The notes under the pieces are model-generated. The model was not told where the DNA came from. It did no database searches and worked only from the letters and a program-made list of their open reading frames with translations. Both the position numbers and the translations under genes were made by a program. From positions 1,024,001 through 1,088,000 of the forward strand of contig CAVUDW010000002.1 in the NCBI GenBank assembly GCA_963740355.1: DNA of 64,000 nt. The letters are read 5' to 3'. This DNA comes from an uncultured Gemmatimonadaceae bacterium (GTDB lineage: Bacteria; Gemmatimonadota; Gemmatimonadetes; Gemmatimonadales; Gemmatimonadaceae). Below, one piece after another: positions 27,719 to 37,757 of this stretch (positions are counted from its first letter, which is position 1; every line of letters starts with the position of its first letter).

Positions 27719-28632
27719 GAGTTGCGCTTGGCCGCGGAACGAGTGGTGGACGCCTTCTTGGCGGAGTTCTTTGCGACGGCCTTCTTGGTTGCGGACTTCT
27801 TTGCAGCGACCTTCTTTGCAGCGACCTTCGGTGCTGCCTTGGCGTCAGCCGGCGTCGCGGTCTCGATGCTCATCAGTTGCACATCCGCCATGCGACGCAA
27901 CGCGATCGCGCGGTCTTCCTCCGGCACGATCGTTTCCGCGGCTGTCTTCGCGTCGACGAATTCCGGCGGCGTCGACTCGGCGACACGTTCCCAGAGCCTG
28001 ACACCACCCTGGATCGCGTTTTCGTTCGAACCACGGGTGGCGGCATCGGGGAGGTTCACCAGCTTTCGCGCGTTGCCGCCACCCAGCACGATGCCATCAC
28101 AGAGCAGTGCGGCACGGAACAGGTCGCAGACTTTGTGCACGTGCTTCTCCCAGCGCTCGTCGCCGAGCCGGTTCAGCCCAGCCTCGCCGAGATACTCCTC
28201 ATAGCTCTTGCCCTTGCGGTAGGGCAGGTGCGCGATCTCCAGCGGCTCGACACGCCAGTCATCCACGATCGCGGTCCCCAGGCCGGTCCCGAGGCCCAGA
28301 AAGAGCATCCGCCCGCCGGCAAAGCTGCCGAGGGCCTGCATTGCGGCGTCGTTGATGCACTTCACTGGCTTCCCGAACGCTTTCTGGAAGTCGAAGGTCG
28401 TCCAGCCGCCAGCGATGTTGATCGGCTCGCGGAAGGGACGATTGTCCTTCACCGGGCCGGGATACCCAAGCGAGATCGCCTCGTAGTCCCACGTCTTGGT
28501 GAGCGCGAGCACCGCACGCACCATGTCTGCCGCGGTCATCAGCGGACCGGACGGAATGCGATGGGTGACGCGGTCCCACGAGCCGGCAACCTTGATGTGG
28601 GTACCGCCGACATCGATGACCAGAACTCTCAC
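27715..28632 (-). CDS. ROK-family sugar kinase (polyphosphate glucokinase-like) with Lys/Ala-rich tail
   Basis: IDVGGTHIK, GYPG, NDAAMQALG, LGLGTGLG, LEIAHL, LGGGN; tail KVAAKKVAAKKSATKK. Confidence 0.85.
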   Translation of the reverse strand: MRVLVIDVGGTHIKVAGSWDRVTHRIPSGPLMTAADMVRAVLALTKTWDYEAISLGYPGPVKDNRPFREPINIAGGWTTFDFQKAFGKPVKCINDAAMQALGSFAGGRMLFLGLGTGLGTAIVDDWRVEPLEIAHLPYRKGKSYEEYLGEAGLNRLGDERWEKHVHKVCDLFRAALLCDGIVLGGGNARKLVNLPDAATRGSNENAIQGGVRLWERVAESTPPEFVDAKTAAETIVPEEDRAIALRRMADVQLMSIETATPADAKAAPKVAAKKVAAKKSATKKAVAKNSAKKASTTRSAAKRNS

Positions 28633-28761
28633 GACAGTGCTCTCCGTGCGACAGCAGCGCCGTCGCAGCGTGACGGGAAGACGTCACAGGATGCGGCGAC
28701 TGAGGGGATAGGGTGAGCGGAGTCTGGTGTACGGGCCGCAGACAGTCAACTTTGACGCCAC

Positions 28762-29199
28762 ATGCGAGTCCTCCTCCAGCGCGTTTCCCGCGCAGCAGTC
28801 CGTGTCGATGGTGCGACGATCGGCCAGATCGAGCGCGGCTACCTGCTCCTCGTCGGCATCACGCACGACGATGACGAGGGGAAGGTGGCCTGGATGGCCG
28901 ACAAGGTCGTCGCGCTCCGTCTGTTTCCCGATGCCGACGACAAGATGAACCTGGCCCTCGGCGACGTGGGTGGCGCCGTACTGGTAGTGAGCCAGTTCAC
29001 GCTCTACGGTGACGCTCGGAAGGGGCGGCGACCGAGCTTCATTGCCGCGGCTCGGCCCGAGGTGGCCATACCATTGTACGAGCGATTCATCGCCCTGCTG
29101 CGGGAGCGCGGCCTGACGGTTGCGACCGGTGCCTTCGGTGCGATGATGCAGGTGGAACTGATCAACGATGGACCTGTCACTCTTTCGCTGGAAAACTGA
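28762..29199 (+). CDS. dtd: D-aminoacyl-tRNA deacylase
   Basis: [28 protein letters not shown]. Confidence 0.96.
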   Translation: MRVLLQRVSRAAVRVDGATIGQIERGYLLLVGITHDDDEGKVAWMADKVVALRLFPDADDKMNLALGDVGGAVLVVSQFTLYGDARKGRRPSFIAAARPEVAIPLYERFIALLRERGLTVATGAFGAMMQVELINDGPVTLSLEN

Positions 29200-29204
29200 G
29201 CTCT

Positions 29205-29792
29205 ATGCGTGTGATACTCGCTTCGCAGTCGCCGCGTCGTCGTGAACTGCTTTCGCTGGTCGGGATCGATCACGAGGTGCAACCGGCAGATATCGACGAG
29301 ACGCCGTGGCCCGATGAGCTGCCCGTACCGCACACGGAGCGACTGGCGCGTGGCAAGGCCGCCGTGATCGCAGCGCGCGCCCCCGATGCGCTGGTGATCG
29401 CAGCCGACACGATCGTGGTGGTGGATGGCGCGATCCTTGGCAAACCAACCGACATTCCCGATGCCCGCGCCATGTTGCGCCGATTGAGTGGTAGGACCCA
29501 CGAGGTCTGCACCGCGATGGCGGTGGCGATCGGCGAGCAGGTGGAATCGGAGGTGATGCGTGTCTTCGTCCGCTTTCGGGCGCTGGATGACGAGACGATC
29601 GCCCGCTACGTGAATACCGGCGAACCGATGGACAAGGCCGGGGCGTACGGCATCCAGGGATTCGGCGCTACCATCGTCGAACACATCGACGGTGATTACT
29701 TCGCGGTGATGGGCCTGTCGCTCGTGACTGTGGTGAAGCTCGCCGAACGCTTGGGTGTACACTATCACTTCGGACCGCTGACCCGTGGCTAA
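29205..29792 (+). CDS. maf: Maf-family nucleoside triphosphate pyrophosphatase
   Basis: ILASQSPRRRELL, IDE, ADTIV, GKP, DKAGAYGIQG. Confidence 0.95.
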   Translation: MRVILASQSPRRRELLSLVGIDHEVQPADIDETPWPDELPVPHTERLARGKAAVIAARAPDALVIAADTIVVVDGAILGKPTDIPDARAMLRRLSGRTHEVCTAMAVAIGEQVESEVMRVFVRFRALDDETIARYVNTGEPMDKAGAYGIQGFGATIVEHIDGDYFAVMGLSLVTVVKLAERLGVHYHFGPLTRG

Positions 29793-30597
29793 TACACTGA
29801 AGCCCCTTCGTCCCGGCACTACGCCGACGCTGAACGCCCAGGATGCGGACGCCCCGAAGTGGGTCCCGAATGAAGATGAACTCCCTGCCGCCACGCGCGC
29901 CCTGCTGGCACGCGCCTCCTCGCTGCAGGGTAAGCTGTACGCCGAACGGAAGCGCGCGCTGCTGTTCGTGCTGCAGGGTCGTGACGCAGCCGGCAAGGAT
30001 GGGTTGATCCGGAAGGTGTTCACCGCGCTGCATCCGCAGGGACTCAAGGCGAGCAGCTTCGGGGTGCCGACGCCAGAGGAAGCCGCGCATGATTTCCTGT
30101 GGCGCCTGCACCGAGAGTTGCCGGCATTCGGGCAGGTCGGCGTCTGGAATCGCTCTCACTACGAGGACATCCTGATCCCGCGCGTGCATCACACGCTGCC
30201 GTCGAAAGTCTGGAAGGCGCGTTATGACCGGATCAACGAGTTCGAGGCCGACGCGGTGGACTCAGGCGTCGAGATCGTGAAGCTCTTCATTCACATCGAT
30301 CGCAACGAACAGCTGGAACGATTCCGCGATCGTGCCGAAGATCCGGCGCGGCAGTGGAAGGTGCAGGCAAGTGATCTGCGCGATCGTGAAGTGTGGACGA
30401 GCTTCACGAAGGCGTACCATGACATCATGCGCCGCTGCAACTCGAAAGCCGCCCCGTGGTACGTGATCCCTGCGAACGACAAGCCGGCGCGTGACTATCT
30501 CGTGGCGTCACTGCTGGTGAAACACCTCGAACGCCTCGATCCGAAGCCGCCGACGGCAGATCCGGCACTGCTGAAGGCGGTCGCCGCGCTGAAGTGA
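29785..30597 (+). CDS. ppk2: Polyphosphate kinase 2 family protein
   Basis: QGRDAAGKDG Walker A, HDFLWR, NRSHYED, APWYVIPANDK. Confidence 0.92.
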   Translation: MANTLKPLRPGTTPTLNAQDADAPKWVPNEDELPAATRALLARASSLQGKLYAERKRALLFVLQGRDAAGKDGLIRKVFTALHPQGLKASSFGVPTPEEAAHDFLWRLHRELPAFGQVGVWNRSHYEDILIPRVHHTLPSKVWKARYDRINEFEADAVDSGVEIVKLFIHIDRNEQLERFRDRAEDPARQWKVQASDLRDREVWTSFTKAYHDIMRRCNSKAAPWYVIPANDKPARDYLVASLLVKHLERLDPKPPTADPALLKAVAALK

Positions 30598-30682
30598 CCG
30601 CAACAGGTGGATCTGGTATCACGCATCACGCGCTTGCATCGCACAGTCGAGCCGTAGTGTCGTAGCGTCGAGTCGAACCCGA

Positions 30683-31789
30683 TCAGTCGCGCAGCGCCGC
30701 CGCGGCATTCGCACTGCGGTCTCCGTACTGCGCTGCGTATGCCGACTTCCAGCGCTGCACCCGGGACAACACCTCATCCACGGTGATGCGCGGCAGGCGG
30801 TCGAGGCGATTCTCCATGCTGATCGGATAGTCTTCGCCCGGCTCACCATAGGCGTCGATCATCAGGTCGTGGAATTTCCGGTACGGGCCAACCCGCTTCG
30901 GATTGGAGTAGCCGATCAGGCTCACTACCGGACGATCGAGCGCCACCGTGATATGCAACGGGCCCGTGTCCGGGCTCAGCACCAGCGCCGCACCGTCGAG
31001 CAGTTGCACCAGGCCGCGCAAGCCACTGCCCAGTGCACTCACCACCGGCACCTTGGCCTGCTGCATGATGATCCGTTCGGCGTGCAGCTCACGATCGGAG
31101 CGGCCACCAACCAGCACCGGTTGCAGCCCGAAGTCACCGTACAGTGAATCACAGACCGCAGCCCATCGCTCGGGCAGCCAGTCCTTCTGCGCCTTGCTGG
31201 TGGCAACCACGATCGGGGCGATGGGACGATCGAATCCTCGCAGTCGTTCGCGCTGCTGTCCCAGCTCATGCGGCCAGGGCCCAAGGTTCCAGACCGGTGG
31301 GCCGTGTGGCACACCAAGCGCATCGAGGAATTCGAAGTACTGGTCCTGCACATGCTGCATCGCGTGCGGCGGGACCTGCGCATTGGTGAACACCCAGTTC
31401 AGGTCGCGCGCGCGGGCCATGTCGAAGCCCAGCTTCACCGGCGCCTTCACCATGCGCGTGATCATACCCGCCTTCAGGTACACCTGCAGCGCCATCGCGA
31501 GGTCGAAACGGCGGCCCGACAGCTGCCGACGCAAGTCGTTGAACGCCCGCCAGCCATTGCTGCGCTCGAACAGAAGGATGTCCGCGATGTCGGGATGCCC
31601 GCGCACCAGCGTCGCGGGGCCGGGCTGCAGGATCCAGGTGACCTGCGCGTCCGGACGGTATCGCTTGAGCGCCGTGAGCACGGGCAGGACATGCACGGCG
31701 TCACCGACGGCGCTCATCATCACGATGCAGACGCGGTCCAGTGAGGCGCGCACGGTGGCGCTGCTGCGAAGGGCAGGGGTATCGCTCAT
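30683..31789 (-). CDS. Glycosyltransferase family 9 (LPS heptosyltransferase-like)
   Basis: SAVGDAVH, KDW...W, DTGPLH; start ATG 31789 overlaps the kinase stop. Confidence 0.9.
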   Translation of the reverse strand: MSDTPALRSSATVRASLDRVCIVMMSAVGDAVHVLPVLTALKRYRPDAQVTWILQPGPATLVRGHPDIADILLFERSNGWRAFNDLRRQLSGRRFDLAMALQVYLKAGMITRMVKAPVKLGFDMARARDLNWVFTNAQVPPHAMQHVQDQYFEFLDALGVPHGPPVWNLGPWPHELGQQRERLRGFDRPIAPIVVATSKAQKDWLPERWAAVCDSLYGDFGLQPVLVGGRSDRELHAERIIMQQAKVPVVSALGSGLRGLVQLLDGAALVLSPDTGPLHITVALDRPVVSLIGYSNPKRVGPYRKFHDLMIDAYGEPGEDYPISMENRLDRLPRITVDEVLSRVQRWKSAYAAQYGDRSANAAAALRD

Positions 31790-32592
31790 CCGCCGAGCCG
31801 CTCGATCAGTTTCGCAAAACCTGGATGGCCTTCCTTGTTGAGCCACTTGCGCGCCGATCGCAACAGCCGTGCGACGTTCATCCACTCCGCGTTCTTCTCG
31901 GCAAAACGCAACGTGTCCACGTCGATGACGTAGGCGATCAGCTCCCCCTCTTCGTCCGGGGCGATGAGAATGTTCTTCACATTCAAGTCGGGATGGTACG
32001 CCCAGGTGCGCGCCAGTCGACGCAACAGTGTCACCGTCGCCTCGATGCTCTTCATCTGGTCGAAACCGTCCGTCTCGCTCGAGAGCACCTTGGCGAGGTC
32101 ACTGCTCTCGCTGATCTCTCGCGTCACGACGTCAGCGCGCCAGAGCTTGCCGTGCAGCGTGGGATAGACGGCATACCCGAGCACACGCGGAGTCGGAATC
32201 CCGACATGGCGCAACGTCCAGCTGATGCGCAGTTCGTCAGCAGCGCGTGGCGTGATGAACACATCGCGCGTGAGCCCAGCGAGCATTCCGCCGTGAAAGC
32301 TGTGTCGCACGACGACGTTGACATCGATCCCGGGCAGCGGCACCGCGTAGGCCACGTGTCGGCCCTGCAGTGATCGAGCTTCCGGATGCTTGGCCGCCCA
32401 CTGGTAGAGCGTGCGATGCTCCATCAGCATGTCGTCGAAGTAGCGCATGGTGGCGCCATGTGACACCACGGTGGCGTCGCGGATCATCTTCTGCGTGTAC
32501 CCGGAGGGGTACATGCCGTCGGGAATCAGGCCGCCGGGTGAGGCGATCGGCGATCCGGCGAATGGCGAGACGGCATCGTGCACATTGATCAT
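31786..32592 (-). CDS. Kdo/WaaP-family LPS kinase (KdkA-like)
   Basis: VVRHSFHGG, RAADEL, GIPTP, HPDLNVKNIL, IDVD, NVARLLRSARK. Confidence 0.8.
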   Translation of the reverse strand: MINVHDAVSPFAGSPIASPGGLIPDGMYPSGYTQKMIRDATVVSHGATMRYFDDMLMEHRTLYQWAAKHPEARSLQGRHVAYAVPLPGIDVNVVVRHSFHGGMLAGLTRDVFITPRAADELRISWTLRHVGIPTPRVLGYAVYPTLHGKLWRADVVTREISESSDLAKVLSSETDGFDQMKSIEATVTLLRRLARTWAYHPDLNVKNILIAPDEEGELIAYVIDVDTLRFAEKNAEWMNVARLLRSARKWLNKEGHPGFAKLIERLGG

Positions 32593-34085
32593 TTCTGCCG
32601 CACCCTGCCGATCGCCGTCAGCATCGCGCCGGCCTTGTTCTCGGTTTCCAGCCACTCGTGCGCAGGCACGGAATCGTAGACGATTCCGGCACCGACCTGC
32701 ACGCTGGCCTCACCACCGGCGATGACGCAGGTGCGAATCGTGATGGCGAGATCCATGCGACGATCGCCGGCGGCGAGGTAGCCGACCGCACCGGCGTAGG
32801 GTCCGCGACGCTCCGGTTCGAGCTCATCGATGATTTCCATCGCGCGCACCTTGGGCGCTCCCGTCATCGTACCCGCCGGGAAGGTGGCGCGCACGACGTC
32901 GAGCGCGGAGGCGTCGGGACCGACGTTGCCGATCACTTCACTGACGAGATGCAGCACATGTGAGTAGCGCTCGACGATCATGAACTCGGTGACCTGCACT
33001 GTGCCATACCTGGCGAGGCGCCCGACGTCATTGCGACCGAGGTCCACCAGCATCACATGTTCTGCCCGTTCCTTCTCGTCGTTCTGCAACTCCTCGGTCA
33101 GGCGCGCATCATCGGCCGGCGTCTTGCCGCGGCGACGTGTGCCGGCGATCGGACGCACGGTGACGGTGCCACCCGCCAGTCGCACCAGCACTTCCGGTGA
33201 GCTGCCCACCAGCTCCATGCCGTCCAGCACGAGGTGGTACATGTACGGTGACGGATTGAGCGCCCGTAGTGCGCGATAAAGCGTCAGCCCGTCAAAGTCG
33301 TGCGGCACCGTGATGCGACGCGCAATCAGGCACTGGAAGCAGTCGCCGGCGACGATGTACTCCTTGATTCGCTCGACCGCCGCGCTGAACGTCTCGCGGG
33401 TGAAGTTCGAGCGGCCTTCGGCGACCGGGGCCGCATCGTCGAGCGCCAGTGGCTCGAGTGTCGCCGGCGACTGCAATCGCGCGATCGTCGACTTGATCTC
33501 GGCCACGGCAGCGTCATAGGCGGCGCGCAGCGTCGGCTCGTCATCACTGTCGATCGGGACGGCGGTCACGACACGTGCCTGCGACTTCAGGTTGTCCATC
33601 ACCACCAGCGTGCGGGTGGACACGAACAGGGCATCGGGGGTGGCCGTGCCACGCGGTGGCGCATGTGGCAGCTTCTCGATGTGCCGCACCACGTCATAGC
33701 TGAAGAAGCCCACCGCACCAGCCCAGAAGTCGCCCAGCTCGGGCACCACGACGGGCTCGTATTGCGAGACTTCGGCACGCAACGAATCGAACGGGTCGGC
33801 CACCGGCGTTGCACCATGCCAGCCGGCGTCGGGAGTCCAGCGGTCCACGGTTCCGTCACGAAGACGCCACGCCGCCCGCGGCTCGGTGCCAAGGAAGGTG
33901 TAGCGGGCCCACGTTTCGCTGCCGGCGGGCGCCGACTCGAGAAGGAACGCAAAGGGTCCACGCCGCAGCTTGGCGAACGCCGACACCGGGGTGTCGAGGT
34001 CCAGCAGGCAATCATGCCAGACCGGTACCAGCCGGCCCGGCGCCGCCATGGCGCGAAACGATTCGTACGACGTGACCAGTGACAC
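32589..34085 (-). CDS. trpE: Anthranilate synthase component I
   Basis: DLDTPVSAF, FLLES, NPSPYMY, PIAGTR, AEHVMLVDLGRND, GAPKVRAM; start uncertain (34085 or 34049). Confidence 0.88.
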   Translation of the reverse strand: MSLVTSYESFRAMAAPGRLVPVWHDCLLDLDTPVSAFAKLRRGPFAFLLESAPAGSETWARYTFLGTEPRAAWRLRDGTVDRWTPDAGWHGATPVADPFDSLRAEVSQYEPVVVPELGDFWAGAVGFFSYDVVRHIEKLPHAPPRGTATPDALFVSTRTLVVMDNLKSQARVVTAVPIDSDDEPTLRAAYDAAVAEIKSTIARLQSPATLEPLALDDAAPVAEGRSNFTRETFSAAVERIKEYIVAGDCFQCLIARRITVPHDFDGLTLYRALRALNPSPYMYHLVLDGMELVGSSPEVLVRLAGGTVTVRPIAGTRRRGKTPADDARLTEELQNDEKERAEHVMLVDLGRNDVGRLARYGTVQVTEFMIVERYSHVLHLVSEVIGNVGPDASALDVVRATFPAGTMTGAPKVRAMEIIDELEPERRGPYAGAVGYLAAGDRRMDLAITIRTCVIAGGEASVQVGAGIVYDSVPAHEWLETENKAGAMLTAIGRVRQK

Positions 34086-34142
34086 TCGAGCGGGGACAGG
34101 GGGACGTGGGTGCCGGGTGCGGCGGGCCAGAGCGAGATTGCC

Positions 34143-36221
34143 ATGATGCGACGAGTCACGCACCTGATCAGCGCTGCGCTGCTGACACTCATCACGCTGC
34201 ACCCCTCCACCGTACACGGCCAAGCCGCAGAATGGAATGATGCACGTGCGCTCGACCTGGCGCAGCGGGCGACCTCCCGGCGCTCGGCTCAGCTCGCAGA
34301 CACCACCCTTCGCGACTACAGCGCACGTGCACGTGGCTACGTGACGTTCCTCGCACAGGCTGGCGAGGGGCTCACCGAGCCGCCCAAGGTCGTCAAGGCC
34401 GATGAACTGGGGCTCGAGGTCTTCTGGCGGTCGCCCAACCAGAGCAAGCAGCGCATTCTCGGCCGGCGTGACACGCTGCTGCTACCGACGGATATCAACT
34501 ACCACCGCGACCACCTCGGCATCATCCAGAACAACTTCCCCGACATCATCCGGCTCGGGGATGGGGACGAGGTGATGGACGTGCCTCACCCGCTCTCGCC
34601 ACGCGGGATGGGCGAATACGACTTCAAGATTGCCGACTCGCTGGTGATCAAGCTCGCAGATCGGGTGATCGAGGTGTTTCAGCTCAGCATCCGACCGAAG
34701 AACGATCGTGCGCCGCGTGCCGTGGGCGCGGTGTTCGTGGAACGGGCCACGGCGCAGGTGGTGCGCATGGCGTTCTCGTTCACCCGCGTCGCGCTGAAGG
34801 ACAAGTCGCTCGAGGATGTGTCGGTGATCCTCGAGAACGGAATGATCGAGGATCGATACTGGCTGCCGCGGCGGCAACAGATCGAGATTCGACGGACGGG
34901 CACCTGGCTCGATTTCCCGTTCCGGGGCATCATCCGCGGCCGGTGGGAAATTCGGGACTACGATGTGAATACGGGGATTCCCGCGGCCTTCTTCGCTGGA
35001 CCCGAGATCGTGCAGGCGCCGCCGGATCGTCAGGCCGCGTTCACGTTCAAGGGCGAACTGCTGGATGGCCTGCCACCTGATGTGCGCACGGTGACCGACA
35101 ACGACGTGAAGGCGGTACAGGACGCGGCCCGCGAGCTGGTGCGCGCGCAGGCGCTGCAGCGCACCCGCGCCACGGCCATTCAGGCGCGTGGGCTCTCCGA
35201 TTTCGTGCGCGTCAATCGCGTGGAAGGCTTGGCGCTTGGCGCCGGGATCACGCAGCGCCTCGGTGCCGGTGTGCGTGTCAGCGCGACGGGTCGATATGGG
35301 ATCTCCGACGAGCAGGTTCGTGGCACCGCAATCATCGCATGGGAGCGCGCATCAGGCGCCGGCATTTCGCTTCGCGCCGAGCGACAGCTCGGTGACGTGG
35401 CCTTGGTGCCAGAGGGCTCGCTGGCGCGCAATTCCATTGCCGCGCAGGAGTTCGGCTCCGACTGGACGAGCCCCTTCCAGCGACGGCAGGTGGCGGTGCG
35501 ACTCGACTTGCCGCCGCTGCTCGAACGGCGCTGGCGACTGAGCCTGGAGGGCGCCGTCGAGAAGCACTCGCGTGTCTCGGTCAATGCCACGCCGGCCACC
35601 GGCGTGTACGAAGCCACGCCGCCGGTTCTGGACGACCAGTTCACTCGCGCATCGCTGCTCGTGCGGCGGCCGACAGCGCTGGGGCCATTCGGAGCAGAAG
35701 TGTCGTTCACGGGCTCGATCGACGCGATGCGTGCGAGGTCATCGGGCCGCGATTTCAGTCGCGCAGTGATCGACATCGACATTCAGCGGCCGATTGGGCG
35801 CGACCGGCTGGTACTTCGCACCATCGCTGCTGGCAACGTCGGGAGCTACATCCCGCTGGAATACGAGGCGTGGCTCGGCGGACCAGTGACCTTGCCGGGC
35901 GCGGGATTTCATGCGGTACGCGGGCGTGTTGGTGTGTCGCAGCGTGTCGAGTGGCAACACGCCGTGCCTGGCCCGTCGATCCCACTCGGCCGCTACGGTC
36001 GCGTCCCCGGCCAGATCACGCTCGCCCCATACGCGGTGCTCGGCTGGACCGATGCCAAGACATCATCTGCGCGGGTCGTGCCGCGCGGATTTCACCCAGC
36101 CGTCGGTGTGGCTGGCATCGGGTTATTCAATTTGCTGCGGGTCGACGTGGCGCGTGGCCTACGCGACGGTCGCTGGATGTTCTCGATCGATCTCACGCGC
36201 GACTTCTGGAGAATATTGTGA
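34143..36221 (+). CDS. Secreted protein with probable C-terminal outer-membrane beta-barrel
   Basis: Signal peptide; alternating beta-strand pattern from RVNRVEGLALGAG onward; ends LRVDVARG...FSIDLTRDFWRIL. Confidence 0.65.
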   Translation: MMRRVTHLISAALLTLITLHPSTVHGQAAEWNDARALDLAQRATSRRSAQLADTTLRDYSARARGYVTFLAQAGEGLTEPPKVVKADELGLEVFWRSPNQSKQRILGRRDTLLLPTDINYHRDHLGIIQNNFPDIIRLGDGDEVMDVPHPLSPRGMGEYDFKIADSLVIKLADRVIEVFQLSIRPKNDRAPRAVGAVFVERATAQVVRMAFSFTRVALKDKSLEDVSVILENGMIEDRYWLPRRQQIEIRRTGTWLDFPFRGIIRGRWEIRDYDVNTGIPAAFFAGPEIVQAPPDRQAAFTFKGELLDGLPPDVRTVTDNDVKAVQDAARELVRAQALQRTRATAIQARGLSDFVRVNRVEGLALGAGITQRLGAGVRVSATGRYGISDEQVRGTAIIAWERASGAGISLRAERQLGDVALVPEGSLARNSIAAQEFGSDWTSPFQRRQVAVRLDLPPLLERRWRLSLEGAVEKHSRVSVNATPATGVYEATPPVLDDQFTRASLLVRRPTALGPFGAEVSFTGSIDAMRARSSGRDFSRAVIDIDIQRPIGRDRLVLRTIAAGNVGSYIPLEYEAWLGGPVTLPGAGFHAVRGRVGVSQRVEWQHAVPGPSIPLGRYGRVPGQITLAPYAVLGWTDAKTSSARVVPRGFHPAVGVAGIGLFNLLRVDVARGLRDGRWMFSIDLTRDFWRIL

Positions 36222-36700
36222 GCAACGGCGGTACCGTTTCCGTACGAGTCAGCATCGTCGACCTGGCCGTGGTGCGCTTCGGCACCAACGGCCTGGAAAC
36301 ACTCCTGATGCGCCGCGCCGCCGGCATGCGCTGCACCGGCGCGTGGGAGATCGTGCACGGCAAGATCGACAAGGGCGAGCGCCCGGACGCCGCGGCAGTG
36401 CGCGAGCTGCGCGAGGAGACGGGTCTCACCTGTCAGCGCCTCTACAACATCACGCTCGGCGGCTTCTACCTCCACACGCAGGGTGTGTTGAGCCTGACCG
36501 TCGTGTTCTGCGCACTGGTCGCGCCCGATGTCGATCCGGTGATCGGCGAGGAACACGATGCCTTTCGCTGGCTGCCACTGGCCGAAGCCATGACCGAGTG
36601 CGCCTGGCCGCGCGAGCGTGAAGCGCTGCAACACATTGCACACCTTCTCCGCAATGGCCACGACGCGGGCGCTGTCGAGGACGTGTTACGAGTCTTCTGA
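36218..36700 (+). CDS. Nudix hydrolase
   Basis: Nudix box GKIDKGERPDAAAVRELREETGL, EHDAFRW; GTG start overlaps the upstream stop. Confidence 0.92.
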   Translation: MSNGGTVSVRVSIVDLAVVRFGTNGLETLLMRRAAGMRCTGAWEIVHGKIDKGERPDAAAVRELREETGLTCQRLYNITLGGFYLHTQGVLSLTVVFCALVAPDVDPVIGEEHDAFRWLPLAEAMTECAWPREREALQHIAHLLRNGHDAGAVEDVLRVF

Positions 36701-36753
36701 TTCGCCTCGGCGAACGGTCTGTCTACGCGCGGCTCCGTTAAAAGCAAATGAGG

Positions 36754-36911
36754 GGGAGGCCACGGAGCTCACGGAGTGCTCGGCAGGCCACCAATGTTGC
36801 TTCGCCAACTGGCGGTGACTTTGAGGGAACTGCAGTTCTCTCATGTCTTCAATCTGTGCGAAACTCAGAGCCATCGCCGATGGAGCTACTCCGTGAGCTC
36901 CGTGGCCTCCC
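36754..36911. repeat. Perfect 24-bp inverted repeat with 110-bp spacer between convergent genes
   Basis: GGGAGGCCACGGAGCTCACGGAGT (36754-36777) and its reverse complement (36888-36911). Confidence 0.9.
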
Positions 36912-36965
36912 TCCCCCATTGCAGTTCGCAGAGGCGGCGCAGCAAGAACGCTCGCGTCTGGCGAA

Positions 36966-37751
36966 CTATCCGTGCGTTTCTGGGAGTTCGTCCGAACCAG
37001 AATCGTCGTCGATGTCGGGAAGTTCGTCGAACGGCGGCGGCGTTGCGGCGTCACCGTCTGCGCGCGGAACGTAGACGGGTTCCTCTCGCCACGGACCGGC
37101 GTTGAGCAGTTGCACCAACGCATCGGCGAGTTCGTCGCGACCGATGTTTTCGTGCGCGCTGAAAGGGATCACCTGGTCTTCATCGACCTCGTACGCCGTG
37201 CACAGCTCGGTGATGCGCTTGGCGCGGGCCATCTTGCCGAGCTTGTCCACCTTGGTCAGCGCCAGCAATGTCGGTACGCCGAGCTCGGCGAGGAAGTCGA
37301 GCATCACGCGATCGTCGGCCGTCGGGTCATGGCGCACGTCGAGCAACTGCACCACGCCGCGCAGGTACGGGCTTTGTTGCATGTAGCTGGCGATCAACGG
37401 CTTCCACGCTGCCTTGCGGTCCTTGCTGATCTTGGCGTAGCCGTAGCCCGGCAGGTCGACCAGCATGAACTGGTCGTTGACGCGGAAGAAGTTGATTTCA
37501 CGCGTGCGGCCCGGCGTGCGGCTGACGCGCGCAAAGGCCTTCCGGCGCACCAGCGCATTGAGCAGCGAGCTTTTCCCGACGTTCGAGCGGCCGGCAAAGG
37601 CGATCTCCGGCAGTCGCGGCTCGGGGCGCCAGCCGTCCACGGACGCCATCGGCCCGTCGAACTCCAGGGAACGGATCACCAGCGGGTCGGACTTCGGCGC
37701 GCTGGTGGTCGGTGCATCCTGCGGGTCGTACGACAACTCAGGGTCGGTCAC
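36966..37751 (-). CDS. engB: Ribosome biogenesis GTPase EngB/YihA
   Basis: GRSNVGKSS, PGRT, DLPGYG, TKVDK. Confidence 0.95.
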   Translation of the reverse strand: MTDPELSYDPQDAPTTSAPKSDPLVIRSLEFDGPMASVDGWRPEPRLPEIAFAGRSNVGKSSLLNALVRRKAFARVSRTPGRTREINFFRVNDQFMLVDLPGYGYAKISKDRKAAWKPLIASYMQQSPYLRGVVQLLDVRHDPTADDRVMLDFLAELGVPTLLALTKVDKLGKMARAKRITELCTAYEVDEDQVIPFSAHENIGRDELADALVQLLNAGPWREEPVYVPRADGDAATPPPFDELPDIDDDSGSDELPETHG

Positions 37752-37757
37752 GCAATC

